A stretch of 64,000 nucleotides of DNA from Chloroflexota bacterium (lineage in GTDB: Bacteria; Chloroflexota; UBA11872; VXOZ01): contig CAXXVD010000003.1 of the NCBI GenBank assembly GCA_963662335.2, positions 160,001 to 224,000 on the forward strand, given 5' to 3'. Below, piece after piece: positions 55,299 to 64,000 of the stretch. The number at the start of each line of letters is the position of its first letter. The first letter of the stretch is position 1. The notes under the pieces are model-generated. The model ran no database searches, was not told the DNA's origin, and worked only from the letters and a program-made list of their open reading frames with translations. The position numbers and the translations under genes were made by a program.

Positions 55299-57380
55299 CT
55301 ACGCCGAGGATTCTTCCTTCTCCCGCTTGTGGGCAGCCACCACCTGTTCCTGGGTGCTGGCGGGCACCTGTTCGTAGCCGATGAACTCGGCGGAGAACGT
55401 CGCGCGGCCTTGGGTGAGGGAGCGCAAATCGGTGGCGTAGCGCAGCACCTCGGCCTGGGGCACTTCCGCCTGGACCTCCATGGTGCCGGGCGAGACCATG
55501 TCCATGTTGTGCACGCGGGCGCGGCGGCTGGTCAGGTCGCCGATCACGTCGCCCATGCGGTCTTCCGGCACGCGCACGTTCATCTGCAAGACCGGCTCCA
55601 GGAGGACGGGTTTGGCTCTATCCATGGCCTCGCCCAGGGCCATGGAGCCGGCGATTTGAAAGGCGAGGTCCGAGGAATCAACCGTATGCTCCTTGCCGTC
55701 CACCAGATTCACGCGCAGGTCCACCACCTCGCCGCCGGCCAGGGTGCCCTCTTTCATCGCTTCGCGGATGCCCTTGTGCACCGCCTCGCGGAAGGGGGCC
55801 GAAATCGCGCCGCCGAAGATCTTGTCCACGAACTCGAAGCCTTCCCCTCTCTCCGCCGGTTCGATTTCGATGTTGCACACGGCGTACTGCCCGTGGCCGC
55901 CGGTCTGGCGCACGAAGCGGCCCTCCGCCGCCGCGCTGCCGGTGATGGTCTCCTTATACGGCACCTTGACCGGCACCGTCTTCACGTCCGCGCCGAACTT
56001 GCGCTTCATGCGCTCCAGCGCCACGTTGATGTGGGTCTCCCCGATGCCGGAGAGGAGCGTCTGGCCGGTGATTTGCTGCCGTTCCACGTGCAGGCTGGGG
56101 TCTTCCTCCGTGACGCGCGCCAGCGCGTTGCTGAGCTTCTCCAGATCTTCCTTGGAGGTCGGCTCGATGGCGGCGGTGAAGAGCCAGGGGGGAAAGGTCA
56201 CGGCCGGCAGGGTTAGGGGCTGCTTGCGCTCGCCCAGTGTGTGGCTGGTCAGAGTCTCCGCCAGCTTGGCCACCGCGCCCATGTCGCCGGCGGCGATGTG
56301 GTCCGTGTTCTCCTGTTCGCGGCCCCGCACGAAGAGCAACTGGCCGATACGCTCCTCACTGCCGGTATTGACGTTCCACACGCGGGAATCCGAACGCAGC
56401 GTGCCCGAATAGACGCGAATGAACGAAAGCTTGCCCACGTAGGGGTCGGCCAGGGTCTTGTAGACGAACGCCGCCAGCGGCCCCTCGGCGTCGGCGGCAA
56501 GTTCCTGCTCCGCGCCGTCTTGCGTAGCGCTTGCGGGCGCCACCTCGGCCGGCGAAGGCAGGTAGCGCACAATGGCGTCCATGAGCGCCTGCACGCCGAC
56601 GTTTAGCGTAGCCGAACCGCAGAGCACCGGCGTCAGTTGGCCGGTGCGCACGCCCTCGTGCAGCGCGGCTTGCAGTTCTTCCGGCGCGATGTCCTCGCCT
56701 TCCAGGTATTTTTCCGTCAGGTCGTCGTCCAGTTCCACCACGTTCTCGATCAGGGTCATGCGGTATTCTTCCACCGTATCCTCGAGGTCATCGGGAACCG
56801 GCGCTTCCGTCACCGCGTTGTCGGCGTAGAGGTAGGCCGTGTTGGCCAGCACGTCCACCACGCCGTTGAAGTCGTCCTGGGAGCCGATGGGAACGTGCAG
56901 CGGCGCGACACTGTTGCCGAAGTATTCGCGCAGGCTCTCCACCACGCCAAAGTAGTCGGCGTTCTCCCGGTCCATGCGGTTGACGAAGATCAAGCGGGGG
57001 AGTTCATGGGCGGTAATGCGTTCCCACGCCTCTTCCGTGCCGACCTGCACACCGCTTGACACGTCCACGACCAGCACCGCGCCGTCCGCGACGTGAAGCG
57101 CGCTGGCGACTTCTCCGGAGAAATCGGCGTAGCCCGGCGCATCGAGCAAATTGAGCTTGGCGTCGCCCCACTCCACGGGGACCAGCGAGAGGTTGAGGGA
57201 AATCTGGCGCTTTACCTCGTCCGGATCGTAGTCCGATACCGTGCTGCCGTTGTCCACGGAACCTAGCCGGTTGATCGCGCCGGTGGCGAAGAGGGCCGCT
57301 TCCGCGAGCGAGGTCTTGCCCGCGCCGACGTGGGAGAAGAGCCCGACATTGCGAATCGAATCCGTTGCATACGCCTTCAT
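55299..57380 (-). CDS. fusA: Elongation factor G paralog (EF-G2 type)
   Basis: SHVGAGKTSL, RQISL, DAPGYADF, NRMD, QTGGHGQY and DSSDLAF motifs. The switch I region diverges from canonical EF-G (RGITI). Confidence 0.85.
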   Translation of the reverse strand: MKAYATDSIRNVGLFSHVGAGKTSLAEAALFATGAINRLGSVDNGSTVSDYDPDEVKRQISLNLSLVPVEWGDAKLNLLDAPGYADFSGEVASALHVADGAVLVVDVSSGVQVGTEEAWERITAHELPRLIFVNRMDRENADYFGVVESLREYFGNSVAPLHVPIGSQDDFNGVVDVLANTAYLYADNAVTEAPVPDDLEDTVEEYRMTLIENVVELDDDLTEKYLEGEDIAPEELQAALHEGVRTGQLTPVLCGSATLNVGVQALMDAIVRYLPSPAEVAPASATQDGAEQELAADAEGPLAAFVYKTLADPYVGKLSFIRVYSGTLRSDSRVWNVNTGSEERIGQLLFVRGREQENTDHIAAGDMGAVAKLAETLTSHTLGERKQPLTLPAVTFPPWLFTAAIEPTSKEDLEKLSNALARVTEEDPSLHVERQQITGQTLLSGIGETHINVALERMKRKFGADVKTVPVKVPYKETITGSAAAEGRFVRQTGGHGQYAVCNIEIEPAERGEGFEFVDKIFGGAISAPFREAVHKGIREAMKEGTLAGGEVVDLRVNLVDGKEHTVDSSDLAFQIAGSMALGEAMDRAKPVLLEPVLQMNVRVPEDRMGDVIGDLTSRRARVHNMDMVSPGTMEVQAEVPQAEVLRYATDLRSLTQGRATFSAEFIGYEQVPASTQEQVVAAHKREKEESSA

Positions 57381-57640
57381 ACGGTTTGTACCCTTAATGG
57401 AGAAAGAGGTATAGTGCCCTTAAGACTGGCATTATACCAGAGCGCCGTAACGCATCCAAAACCGCTCCGGCGGCGCGGTTGGCATCTTGCCCAACGCGGG
57501 GCAATGCGGCTCTTTGCCCCAGAACGCATGACCGCAGGCTTTTGGAAGTTGGCAGCGCGTTGGGCGCCGGAACGTGCGTGTTCATACTGTTCTTCCGGCA
57601 ATCGAATAGACCCTGAATTTCAGACTAACGGTAGCGTGCC

Positions 57641-58378
57641 ATGGCGCAAGTGACTGGAGTACAAGGAATCGAGCCTGCTCTCTTTGTAGGCGCGTATACG
57701 TTGCGCGAATCCGCTGCGCTTGTGCGGGCAACCACGCCGCCCCCGGATGTAAACCTGTGGCAGTGGCGAAGGCGCAACGACAGGTTCATCACGGCCACCA
57801 CCTATCATGTGTCGCAATGGATTCGCCGCGGCATGGGTTGGGACACACCCATTAGGGTTTCCGCCAGAGACCGCGTAATCACGTTTGCCGATCTTGTGAG
57901 GCTGCGCATGGTCACCCTCTTGCGGTCCCGCGGCATTGCGTACAAGAACATTGTGGCGGCTGAGGACTATATCCGCCGCCTGCGGGGAATCCCCCAGCCG
58001 TTCGTTTCCGAGCAGATGTGGACTGCCGGCTCAGAGGTCTTCGTACGCTTTACCAGTGAGCTTATTGCGGCTTCGCAGGAGGGCCAACTTGCCTTTGAAG
58101 AGTTCATGTCTGCGTACCTCACTCCCGCACATCACGGCCTTTCGTTTTCGTCTGGCGGGAAGCCCGCCCGATGGCAACCTTGGCCAACCGTTCTCATCGA
58201 TCCTGAGGTCCAATTCGGCGCGCCGTGCATCACAGGTACACGCGTTGAGACCCGCTCTCTTTGGTCGCTCAACCAAGCCGGTGACAGCGAGGACTCTCTT
58301 GCAGAGGCGTTCAGTCTGCGGTTGGATCAAGTGAGAGATGCGCTAGATTGGGAGCGCCTACTGGTAGATGCCTCCTAA
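57641..58378 (+). CDS. DUF433 domain antitoxin (VapB45-like, N-terminal HTH)
   Basis: YTLRESAAL, TFADLV and IDPEVQFGAPCITGTRV...DQVRDAL motifs. Confidence 0.85.
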   Translation: MAQVTGVQGIEPALFVGAYTLRESAALVRATTPPPDVNLWQWRRRNDRFITATTYHVSQWIRRGMGWDTPIRVSARDRVITFADLVRLRMVTLLRSRGIAYKNIVAAEDYIRRLRGIPQPFVSEQMWTAGSEVFVRFTSELIAASQEGQLAFEEFMSAYLTPAHHGLSFSSGGKPARWQPWPTVLIDPEVQFGAPCITGTRVETRSLWSLNQAGDSEDSLAEAFSLRLDQVRDALDWERLLVDAS

Positions 58379-58813
58379 GCCTATCCGATTCTCTCTCGAT
58401 GAGAACCTCCCGCCGAATGTCGCGCGGGCGCTATCGCTGGTTGGATATCCGATTTCGCATCCGGAAGATCACGCTAAGCGCGGCGCCAAGGATCCCGTTC
58501 TCATAACGTGGCTGGCGGAAAACCAATTCGTCTGGATCACGCCGCTAGAAGAACGCACGGCGATCAACTCAAGCGGGAAGGGGTATCAGTCGTTTGGGTC
58601 CTGGGGCTTGTAGGTAAGAAGAACATGATCAACACCCAGCAAGTGCACCTGGTTCTGACCGTTAAGCTGCCGGAAATAATCGAGAAAATATAGAACGCCA
58701 CCGGCCCGCTGTACTTCAGGCTCTCCCTGGCGGGCCAGAGGCCGAAACTTGAGCTATTGAAGGACGACATCATCGGTTCCCGCAGACCGTCGCGCGTAAG
58801 GAGAAGCCGCTAG
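58368..58813 (+). pseudogene. PIN-like toxin (VapC45/DUF5615) pseudogene
   Basis: FSLDENLP...GAKD...WL....VWIT, then a frameshift near 58540 that removes the TxD motif. The second frame has TAG at 58691-58693 and ends at 58813. Confidence 0.75.
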
Positions 58814-58859
58814 CGGCACTTTTGTCGCTGTGCAGTCAAAATCCGAAAGGTGCGTTTCG

Positions 58860-59303
58860 GTGGCAAGCCAACTCATCGGCTCGTTTCACACGCGCAACGC
58901 CGCGCTGCAAGCCATGGAAGAACTGGCGGCGCAGGGGTTCGACGTGGAGATGCTGAAGGTCGACCACGCCGGGCCGCGGGCCGCTCTCATCCGCCTCGCG
59001 CTGCGCGCGGCGCAAGGGGGCGTCATCGGCGGGGCGCTGGGCCTGGCCGCCGTCTTCATCTCGCCCAGTGAGTTCCTGCTGCCCATCATGGTCTTGTGCG
59101 GCGCGGCCGGCGCTATGCTCAACATTCGCTTGACCCGGCCGCGGCCGCTGCCAATCGAGGTACCCGATACCAGCGTGCAGGCGCTGGTGGTGGTGCAGGG
59201 AGCCGACCTGGAAACCGCGACGATGATCCTCACCAAAGAGGGCAGCACCGCCATCCGGCAGACCGAGACGCCAACGGCAACGGACAGTGTCCCCTCCCCC
59301 TGA
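58860..59303 (+). CDS. Hypothetical membrane protein (general stress protein-like, glycine-zipper TM pair)
   Basis: G.F.....A..A...L...GF pattern and GGVIGGALG motif. Confidence 0.6.
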   Translation: MASQLIGSFHTRNAALQAMEELAAQGFDVEMLKVDHAGPRAALIRLALRAAQGGVIGGALGLAAVFISPSEFLLPIMVLCGAAGAMLNIRLTRPRPLPIEVPDTSVQALVVVQGADLETATMILTKEGSTAIRQTETPTATDSVPSP

Positions 59304-59516
59304 GGAGACCTCTCCCGTGCCAAGTGCGGGGCCGGGACCCCATCTTCGCGGCCCCATGCGCCACAGGCGCGGCCTGTGCGCTGTCCTGGGGTTGCTCAGG
59401 TAGCCGCCGCCATGCCCGCGCGGGTTGCCGCGCCGCCGCAATAACGGTATGGTGAGAAACCAGGATAGCACCGCGCGGCGCACTGCCGCCTGCCGCGCCG
59501 CCGGAGGATTTCTTTC

Positions 59517-60119
59517 ATGCCCGTCGGCTTCGCCACCCAGTTGACGCTCTTGCGTATCGCCCTTGCGCCGCTCATCATGTATCTCGTCATTTGGGGCGCG
59601 GGCAGGCCGCAGTTGTATTGGCTGGCGGCCGCGCTCTTGGCCGCGGCGGCGGCCACGGATTGGCTGGACGGTTTCGTGGCGCGCCGCAGCGACACCGTTT
59701 CCGCGGTCGGCGCTTCGCTCGACCTGGTGGCGGACAAAGTCCTGGTTGCCGTCGTCTTGATCGCCCTCGTGCAGGTGGGCCTCTTGCCCGGCTGGTGGGC
59801 GGCGCTGGTCGTCAGCCGCGAAATGGCGGTGACCGGCCTGCGGGGGCAAGCCGCGGCCAAGGGCATCGCCATCCCGGCCGGCTCCGTCGGCAAGCTCAAG
59901 ACCGCCGTTACCTTTATCGCGCTGGTCGTGCTCCTCCTCTGGCAGAGCATCGTGAGCGACGCGCTCCTGGGGCTGGCCCTCATCCTCACGCTCTATTCCG
60001 GCGCGGAGTATCTCTACACCGGTATGCGCAAGATGCGCCAGGCGAGCGACGCCCCGGCCGCGCCCGCGCCTGCGCAGACACCCGCACAGACAGCACACGA
60101 GGAGGTCCAAGTGAAATGA
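59517..60119 (+). CDS. pgsA: CDP-diacylglycerol--glycerol-3-phosphate 3-phosphatidyltransferase
   Basis: LTLLRI, TDWLDGFVAR...G..LD..ADK, RE..VTGLR and GKLKT motifs. Confidence 0.88.
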   Translation: MPVGFATQLTLLRIALAPLIMYLVIWGAGRPQLYWLAAALLAAAAATDWLDGFVARRSDTVSAVGASLDLVADKVLVAVVLIALVQVGLLPGWWAALVVSREMAVTGLRGQAAAKGIAIPAGSVGKLKTAVTFIALVVLLLWQSIVSDALLGLALILTLYSGAEYLYTGMRKMRQASDAPAAPAPAQTPAQTAHEEVQVK

Positions 60120-61006
60120 AAGTAGCCTTCATCGGCCTCGGCACCATGGGCATGCACATGGCCGTCAACCTGCGGGCGGCGGGCCACGACGTGTACGCCT
60201 TCAACCGCACGCGCAGCAAGGCGGAGGCGTTTGTCGCGTCCGGCGGCACGCTGGTGGAAACCCCGCGGGAAGCGGCGGAACGGGCGGATTTCGTGCTCTC
60301 CTGCGTTTCCATGCCGGAAGACGTGGAGGAAGTATTCCTGGGCGCGGCGGGAGCGATACACGGCTCCCGGCCGGGACAGGTCTTCGTTGACCACAGCACG
60401 ATCGATCCGGCCACCGCCCAGCGTGTCGGCGCGGTGTTGGCGGAGAAGCAGGTGCAGTTCATCGACGCGCCCATCAGCGGCGGGCCGATGGGGGCCGAGG
60501 CCGGCACGTTGGCAATCATGGCCGGCGGCGAGGCGGACGCCTTCGCCGCGGCCGAGCCGCTCTTCCAGGCCATGGGCGAGAATATCTTCCACGTGGGGCC
60601 GCTGGGCGCCGGTTCGGTGGTCAAGCTCCAGAACCAACTGCTCGTGGGCATCAATCTGGCGGGCATTGTGGAAGCGATGGTGCTGGGCGCCAAGAACGGC
60701 GTGGATCCGGCAACCTCCTACCAGGTGCTGGGCACGGCCATGGGCGACAGCCGGATGCTGCACCGGGCCATGCCGGACTTCATCCTGGAGCGCAATTTCG
60801 ACCCGGCCTTTGCGATCAAACTGCTGGTGAAAGACCTGCGGCTGGCGACGCAACTGGGCCAGCAGGCCGAGGTGCGCATGTTGGTCAGCAACCTGACGCA
60901 GCTTGTCTACGAAGAAGCCATGGCGCAGGGCCTGGCCGACGAAGACCAGACGGCGGTGGTCAAGCCGCTGGAGGAATTGACCAAGGTGGAGGTGGCAAAG
61001 GCGTGA
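60116..61006 (+). CDS. Beta-hydroxyacid dehydrogenase (GarR/MmsB/YihU family)
   Basis: FIGLGTMG, DAPISGG, GAGSVVKLQNQ and F......KD motifs. ATG 60116 overlaps the pgsA stop. Confidence 0.92.
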   Translation: MKVAFIGLGTMGMHMAVNLRAAGHDVYAFNRTRSKAEAFVASGGTLVETPREAAERADFVLSCVSMPEDVEEVFLGAAGAIHGSRPGQVFVDHSTIDPATAQRVGAVLAEKQVQFIDAPISGGPMGAEAGTLAIMAGGEADAFAAAEPLFQAMGENIFHVGPLGAGSVVKLQNQLLVGINLAGIVEAMVLGAKNGVDPATSYQVLGTAMGDSRMLHRAMPDFILERNFDPAFAIKLLVKDLRLATQLGQQAEVRMLVSNLTQLVYEEAMAQGLADEDQTAVVKPLEELTKVEVAKA

Positions 61007-62157
61007 GCGCGCCAAACGACGGCGCGAGCGCGTCCAGCGCAGACGCGGGCGCGCCTGCCGCAAGCGCGAGCGGGCCTGGGAACGGCGCGGACGGCCCGCG
61101 CGCCGCGTCCGCTCCCGCGCGCCGCATCCCCGCCGCGCGCCTTGAAGCATTCGCGCGGGACGTGCTGGTGCACGCGGGCATTCCGCCGGAGCACGCGGCG
61201 CTTTCGGCGCGCCACCTGGCGCTCTGCGACCTGCGCGGGGTGGAGAGCCACGGCATCACGCGCCTTTCCGCGCTCGTGCAGCGCATCCGCAACGGCGTGG
61301 TCAACGCCAAACCGGACATTCGCGTCGAGCGGCGGCGCGGCGCTTCCGCCCTGGTGAACGGGGACAACGGCCTCGGCGTGCCGGTCAGCAGCCGCGCCAC
61401 GCGGCTGGCGATCGACCTGGCGCGGGAGCAGGGCGTCGGCGCGGTGGGCGTGCGCAAGAGCAACCACTTCGGCATGGCTGCCGACTACGCGCTGCGGATG
61501 GCGGAAGCCGGCTGCCTCGGCATCGTGACCACGAACTCCAATCCGGCCATGGTGCCCTGGGGCGCGGCCAAGAAATTCCTGGGCACCAACCCCATCTGCT
61601 TTGGCGCGCCCACCCGCGGCGAACCGCTCATTCTGGACATGGCGACGAGCGTGGTGGCGATGGGGCACGTGGTGCTGGCGGAGAAGCGCGGCCAGCCGAT
61701 ACCGGATACGTGGGCGCTGGGCCCGGACGGACGGCCCACCACCGATCCGACGCTGGCCCGGCAGGGCGGCGCGCGGCCGCTGGCGGACTACAAAGGCTCC
61801 GGCCTGGCTTTCATGATCGAGGTCTTCACCTCGCTGCTCACCGGCGCCATGTTGGGCGTGCACTCGGCGGGCTTCTACAGCGACATGACCCGCGCCCCGG
61901 ACGTGGCGCACCTCTTCATCGCCATCGACGTCGCCGCGTTTATGGACGCGGAGCGCTTCACGGAGCGCCTACAAGGCCTGATTACGGAGATGCGGGAACT
62001 GCCGCTGGCCCCGGGCTTCGACCGGATTACGCTGCCCGGCGAGATCGAGGCGGAACGCATGGCGGAGCGCCGGGCAAACGGCGTGCCGGTGGACGCGGCG
62101 GTGCTGGCCGATTTGCAGCGCCTTGCCGCGCAAACCGGCGTGCCTCTGGCATGGTAG
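61003..62157 (+). CDS. Ldh_2 family oxidoreductase
   Basis: DLRGVESHG, SNHFG, GTNPI, LDMATS, YKGSGL and LPGE motifs. Confidence 0.9.
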   Translation: MSAPNDGASASSADAGAPAASASGPGNGADGPRAASAPARRIPAARLEAFARDVLVHAGIPPEHAALSARHLALCDLRGVESHGITRLSALVQRIRNGVVNAKPDIRVERRRGASALVNGDNGLGVPVSSRATRLAIDLAREQGVGAVGVRKSNHFGMAADYALRMAEAGCLGIVTTNSNPAMVPWGAAKKFLGTNPICFGAPTRGEPLILDMATSVVAMGHVVLAEKRGQPIPDTWALGPDGRPTTDPTLARQGGARPLADYKGSGLAFMIEVFTSLLTGAMLGVHSAGFYSDMTRAPDVAHLFIAIDVAAFMDAERFTERLQGLITEMRELPLAPGFDRITLPGEIEAERMAERRANGVPVDAAVLADLQRLAAQTGVPLAW

Positions 62158-62490
62158 CGCGGGGGCTTGTCCCCCGCCGCCAGCGGCCGCAGGCGCAGGT
62201 TGCAAACCTGCGCTACCAGACGGACGGAACGTAGCGCGGGGGCTTGTCCCCCGCCTGGGACTGACAGAGGCACACATATGTCATTCCGAGCGCAGCGAGG
62301 AATCTAAGGATGTTGACTTTACAGTGCAGTGCCTTAGATTCCTCACTCCGCTGCGCTCCGTTCGGAATGACACGTGAGGTCGACTAATGACACGTGAAGT
62401 CGATTAGAGAATACATATCTCTAGCCCGTCTGGGAATAGCCTGCGCGGGTACGGTGACGAGGGATTCCCGCGCAAGCGGGAATGACGACC
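62154..62490. repeat. Mosaic repeat cluster (families A, B, A, D with 20-bp tandem tail, E)
   Basis: A at 62154, inverted B at 62193, A at 62231, D at 62279-62372, AATGACACGTGA tandem at 62366/62386 and an E half at about 62461. Confidence 0.85.
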
Positions 62491-62524
62491 TAACAACAGA
62501 GGACAATCTCCCGGTAAACGTGTA

Positions 62525-64000
62525 ATGGCACTCCCCGCATTCGAACGCCAGGTTCTCGTCGAACGCGCCTACCGCATCCTTGAAGACGGCGCGGGCGCGT
62601 TGAGCCTTGCCGATTTGGCGCGCGCGGCGCTGCAGATGAACGGCGCGTTGCCCGCCCCACTGCTGCAACTCCTGGAAGCCAAACTGGTTGCCGACGGCCG
62701 CTTTGCCCAGAATGCCGCCGGCGGCTGGGGCTTGGCGCGGTGGGGCGCGGCAAACCCGGCGGACGCGCTGAGTTCCCAGGTGTTCGTGGTGCTGGACGTG
62801 GAGACGACCGGCGGCATTGCGGGACGCCACCGCATCATCGAGCTTGGCGCGGTGCGCGTCTGCAACGGCGAGGAAATCGCGCGCTTGCACTCGTTCGTGA
62901 ATCCCGGGCAGCGGGTGAGCAAGCGCATCTGGCAACTCACCGGCATTAGCGACGACATGCTCTGCGACGCGCCGCCGGCCGGCCCGGTGCTGGACGAACT
63001 CTACGCTTTCATCGACCACGTGCCGGTGGTGGGCCACAACGTCGCCGCGGACCTCAACTTTCTGCGCAACGAGGCGCTCTGGACGCAGCGCCGCCCGTTC
63101 AGCAATCTCACCATCGACACGGTCACGTTGAGCGCGCGGCTCTTTCCGGAACTCAAGCGGCCCAGCCTGGAGCGCCTGGCCCGGCGCCTGGGCCTGAACG
63201 ACGCGCCCAAACACCGCGCGCTCAGCGACGCGCGCGTGACCGCCCAATGCTTCACGCGTCTACTGGCCGCGGCGCCCGCGGCGCACTGCGCCAGCCTGGA
63301 GTCGTTCCTGGCGTGGCTGGAGAGCGGCCAGCGGCAGCGCCTGCCCGCCCACCGCGCCGGGTTGCAGGCGCAGATCCGGCTTATTCCCGCCCTGCCGGGC
63401 ATCTACATCTTCCGGGATAGCGAGGGAGCGGCTCTCTATGTGGGCAAATCCAAGTCCCTCCAGCGGCGGGTGCGCAGCCACCTGGCAGACCCCGACCGCT
63501 TGTTCGACGGCATGATCGAGCGGCTGGAACGCATCGACGTGGAAGTTACCGGCTCCGAGTTCGAGGCGCTCCTGCGCGAGGCGCAGGTCATCCAGGAGTT
63601 GCAGCCGCTCTACAACGTGCAGCAGCAATACCGCCCCATGCAGCCCTACGTGCGGGTCTGGCGCAGCGAGAAAGCCGGCATCCAGGTGCGCACGAGCAGC
63701 CGCCTGCGGCCGGACGACTCAACGTATTTCGGACCGTACCGGAATCGCGCGGCGGCGCGGTGGAACGCCCGCGTGGCCCGGCGCCTGCTGGCGGCGACGG
63801 CCGGCCTGCCGCCGCAGGACCAGGCAAATCTGGTGTTTCAGTTCCTCTCGGAGGGCGCCGACGCGGTGCTGGATCACTGGCAGGGCCGGGAATCGGCGGC
63901 TGCGGAGGCCGCGCTGCGGATTCTGCGCCGCCTCCGCGCGCAGCACCGTCCGCTCTCCGGCGGCTTCGCCGGCCACGACATCGTGCTCATCTATCCGGCC
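62525..64000 (+). CDS. DEDDh (DnaQ) exonuclease fused to a UvrC-like GIY-YIG nuclease (partial; runs off the window)
   Basis: Manual translation from ATG 62525: VVLDVETTG, GHNVAAD, HRALSDA (DEDDh), then PGIYIFRD...LYVGKSKSLQRRVRSH...EALLREA...PLYN (GIY-YIG). Confidence 0.9.
   Translation, partial: MALPAFERQVLVERAYRILEDGAGALSLADLARAALQMNGALPAPLLQLLEAKLVADGRFAQNAAGGWGLARWGAANPADALSSQVFVVLDVETTGGIAGRHRIIELGAVRVCNGEEIARLHSFVNPGQRVSKRIWQLTGISDDMLCDAPPAGPVLDELYAFIDHVPVVGHNVAADLNFLRNEALWTQRRPFSNLTIDTVTLSARLFPELKRPSLERLARRLGLNDAPKHRALSDARVTAQCFTRLLAAAPAAHCASLESFLAWLESGQRQRLPAHRAGLQAQIRLIPALPGIYIFRDSEGAALYVGKSKSLQRRVRSHLADPDRLFDGMIERLERIDVEVTGSEFEALLREAQVIQELQPLYNVQQQYRPMQPYVRVWRSEKAGIQVRTSSRLRPDDSTYFGPYRNRAAARWNARVARRLLAATAGLPPQDQANLVFQFLSEGADAVLDHWQGRESAAAEAALRILRRLRAQHRPLSGGFAGHDIVLIYPA

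Noticed and set aside
54028-58693. Amber recoding (pyrrolysine or alternative code) explaining the in-frame TAGs
   Set aside because: TAG terminates many ordinary genes here (e.g. purB, rmuC, EF-G), and the PIN gene also has a frameshift. Pseudogenisation is simpler.

Overview
GC-rich bacterial chromosomal window. Gene content suggests Chloroflexota, possibly host- or sponge-associated; this is inference from Tat-lipoprotein sugar-binding proteins, the 'AECQFVLGF' surface-protein family and PQQ-repeat proteins. Housekeeping genes include der (partial), ispH, plsC, two tRNA-Ser, rmuC, purB, purC, an EF-G paralog, pgsA and a DnaQ/GIY-YIG fusion (partial). They are interspersed with transport and metabolic genes: a MacAB-type ABC exporter, orphan solute-binding proteins, a sulfite-oxidase-family molybdoenzyme, TauE, two Ldh_2 dehydrogenases, glycosyltransferases and Cu/Zn SOD. 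Accessory or defence modules include a type II R-M pair, a HEPN-MNT toxin-antitoxin pair in reversed order, a DUF433 antitoxin with a decayed PIN toxin and a 205-bp IS5 remnant that truncates a surface-protein paralog. The best candidate for an uncharacterised system is a lower-GC minus-strand cluster at about 50.6-54.5 kb: DUF6338-like gene (amber-interrupted), micro-ORF, two tandem dual-OB proteins and two DUF488 proteins. Intergenic space is crowded with at least six families of palindromic REP-like repeats. Several copies trail decaying tandem arrays of their own ends, and one has expanded in frame inside a DUF488 gene. All family assignments are from motif recognition by eye; no searches were run.
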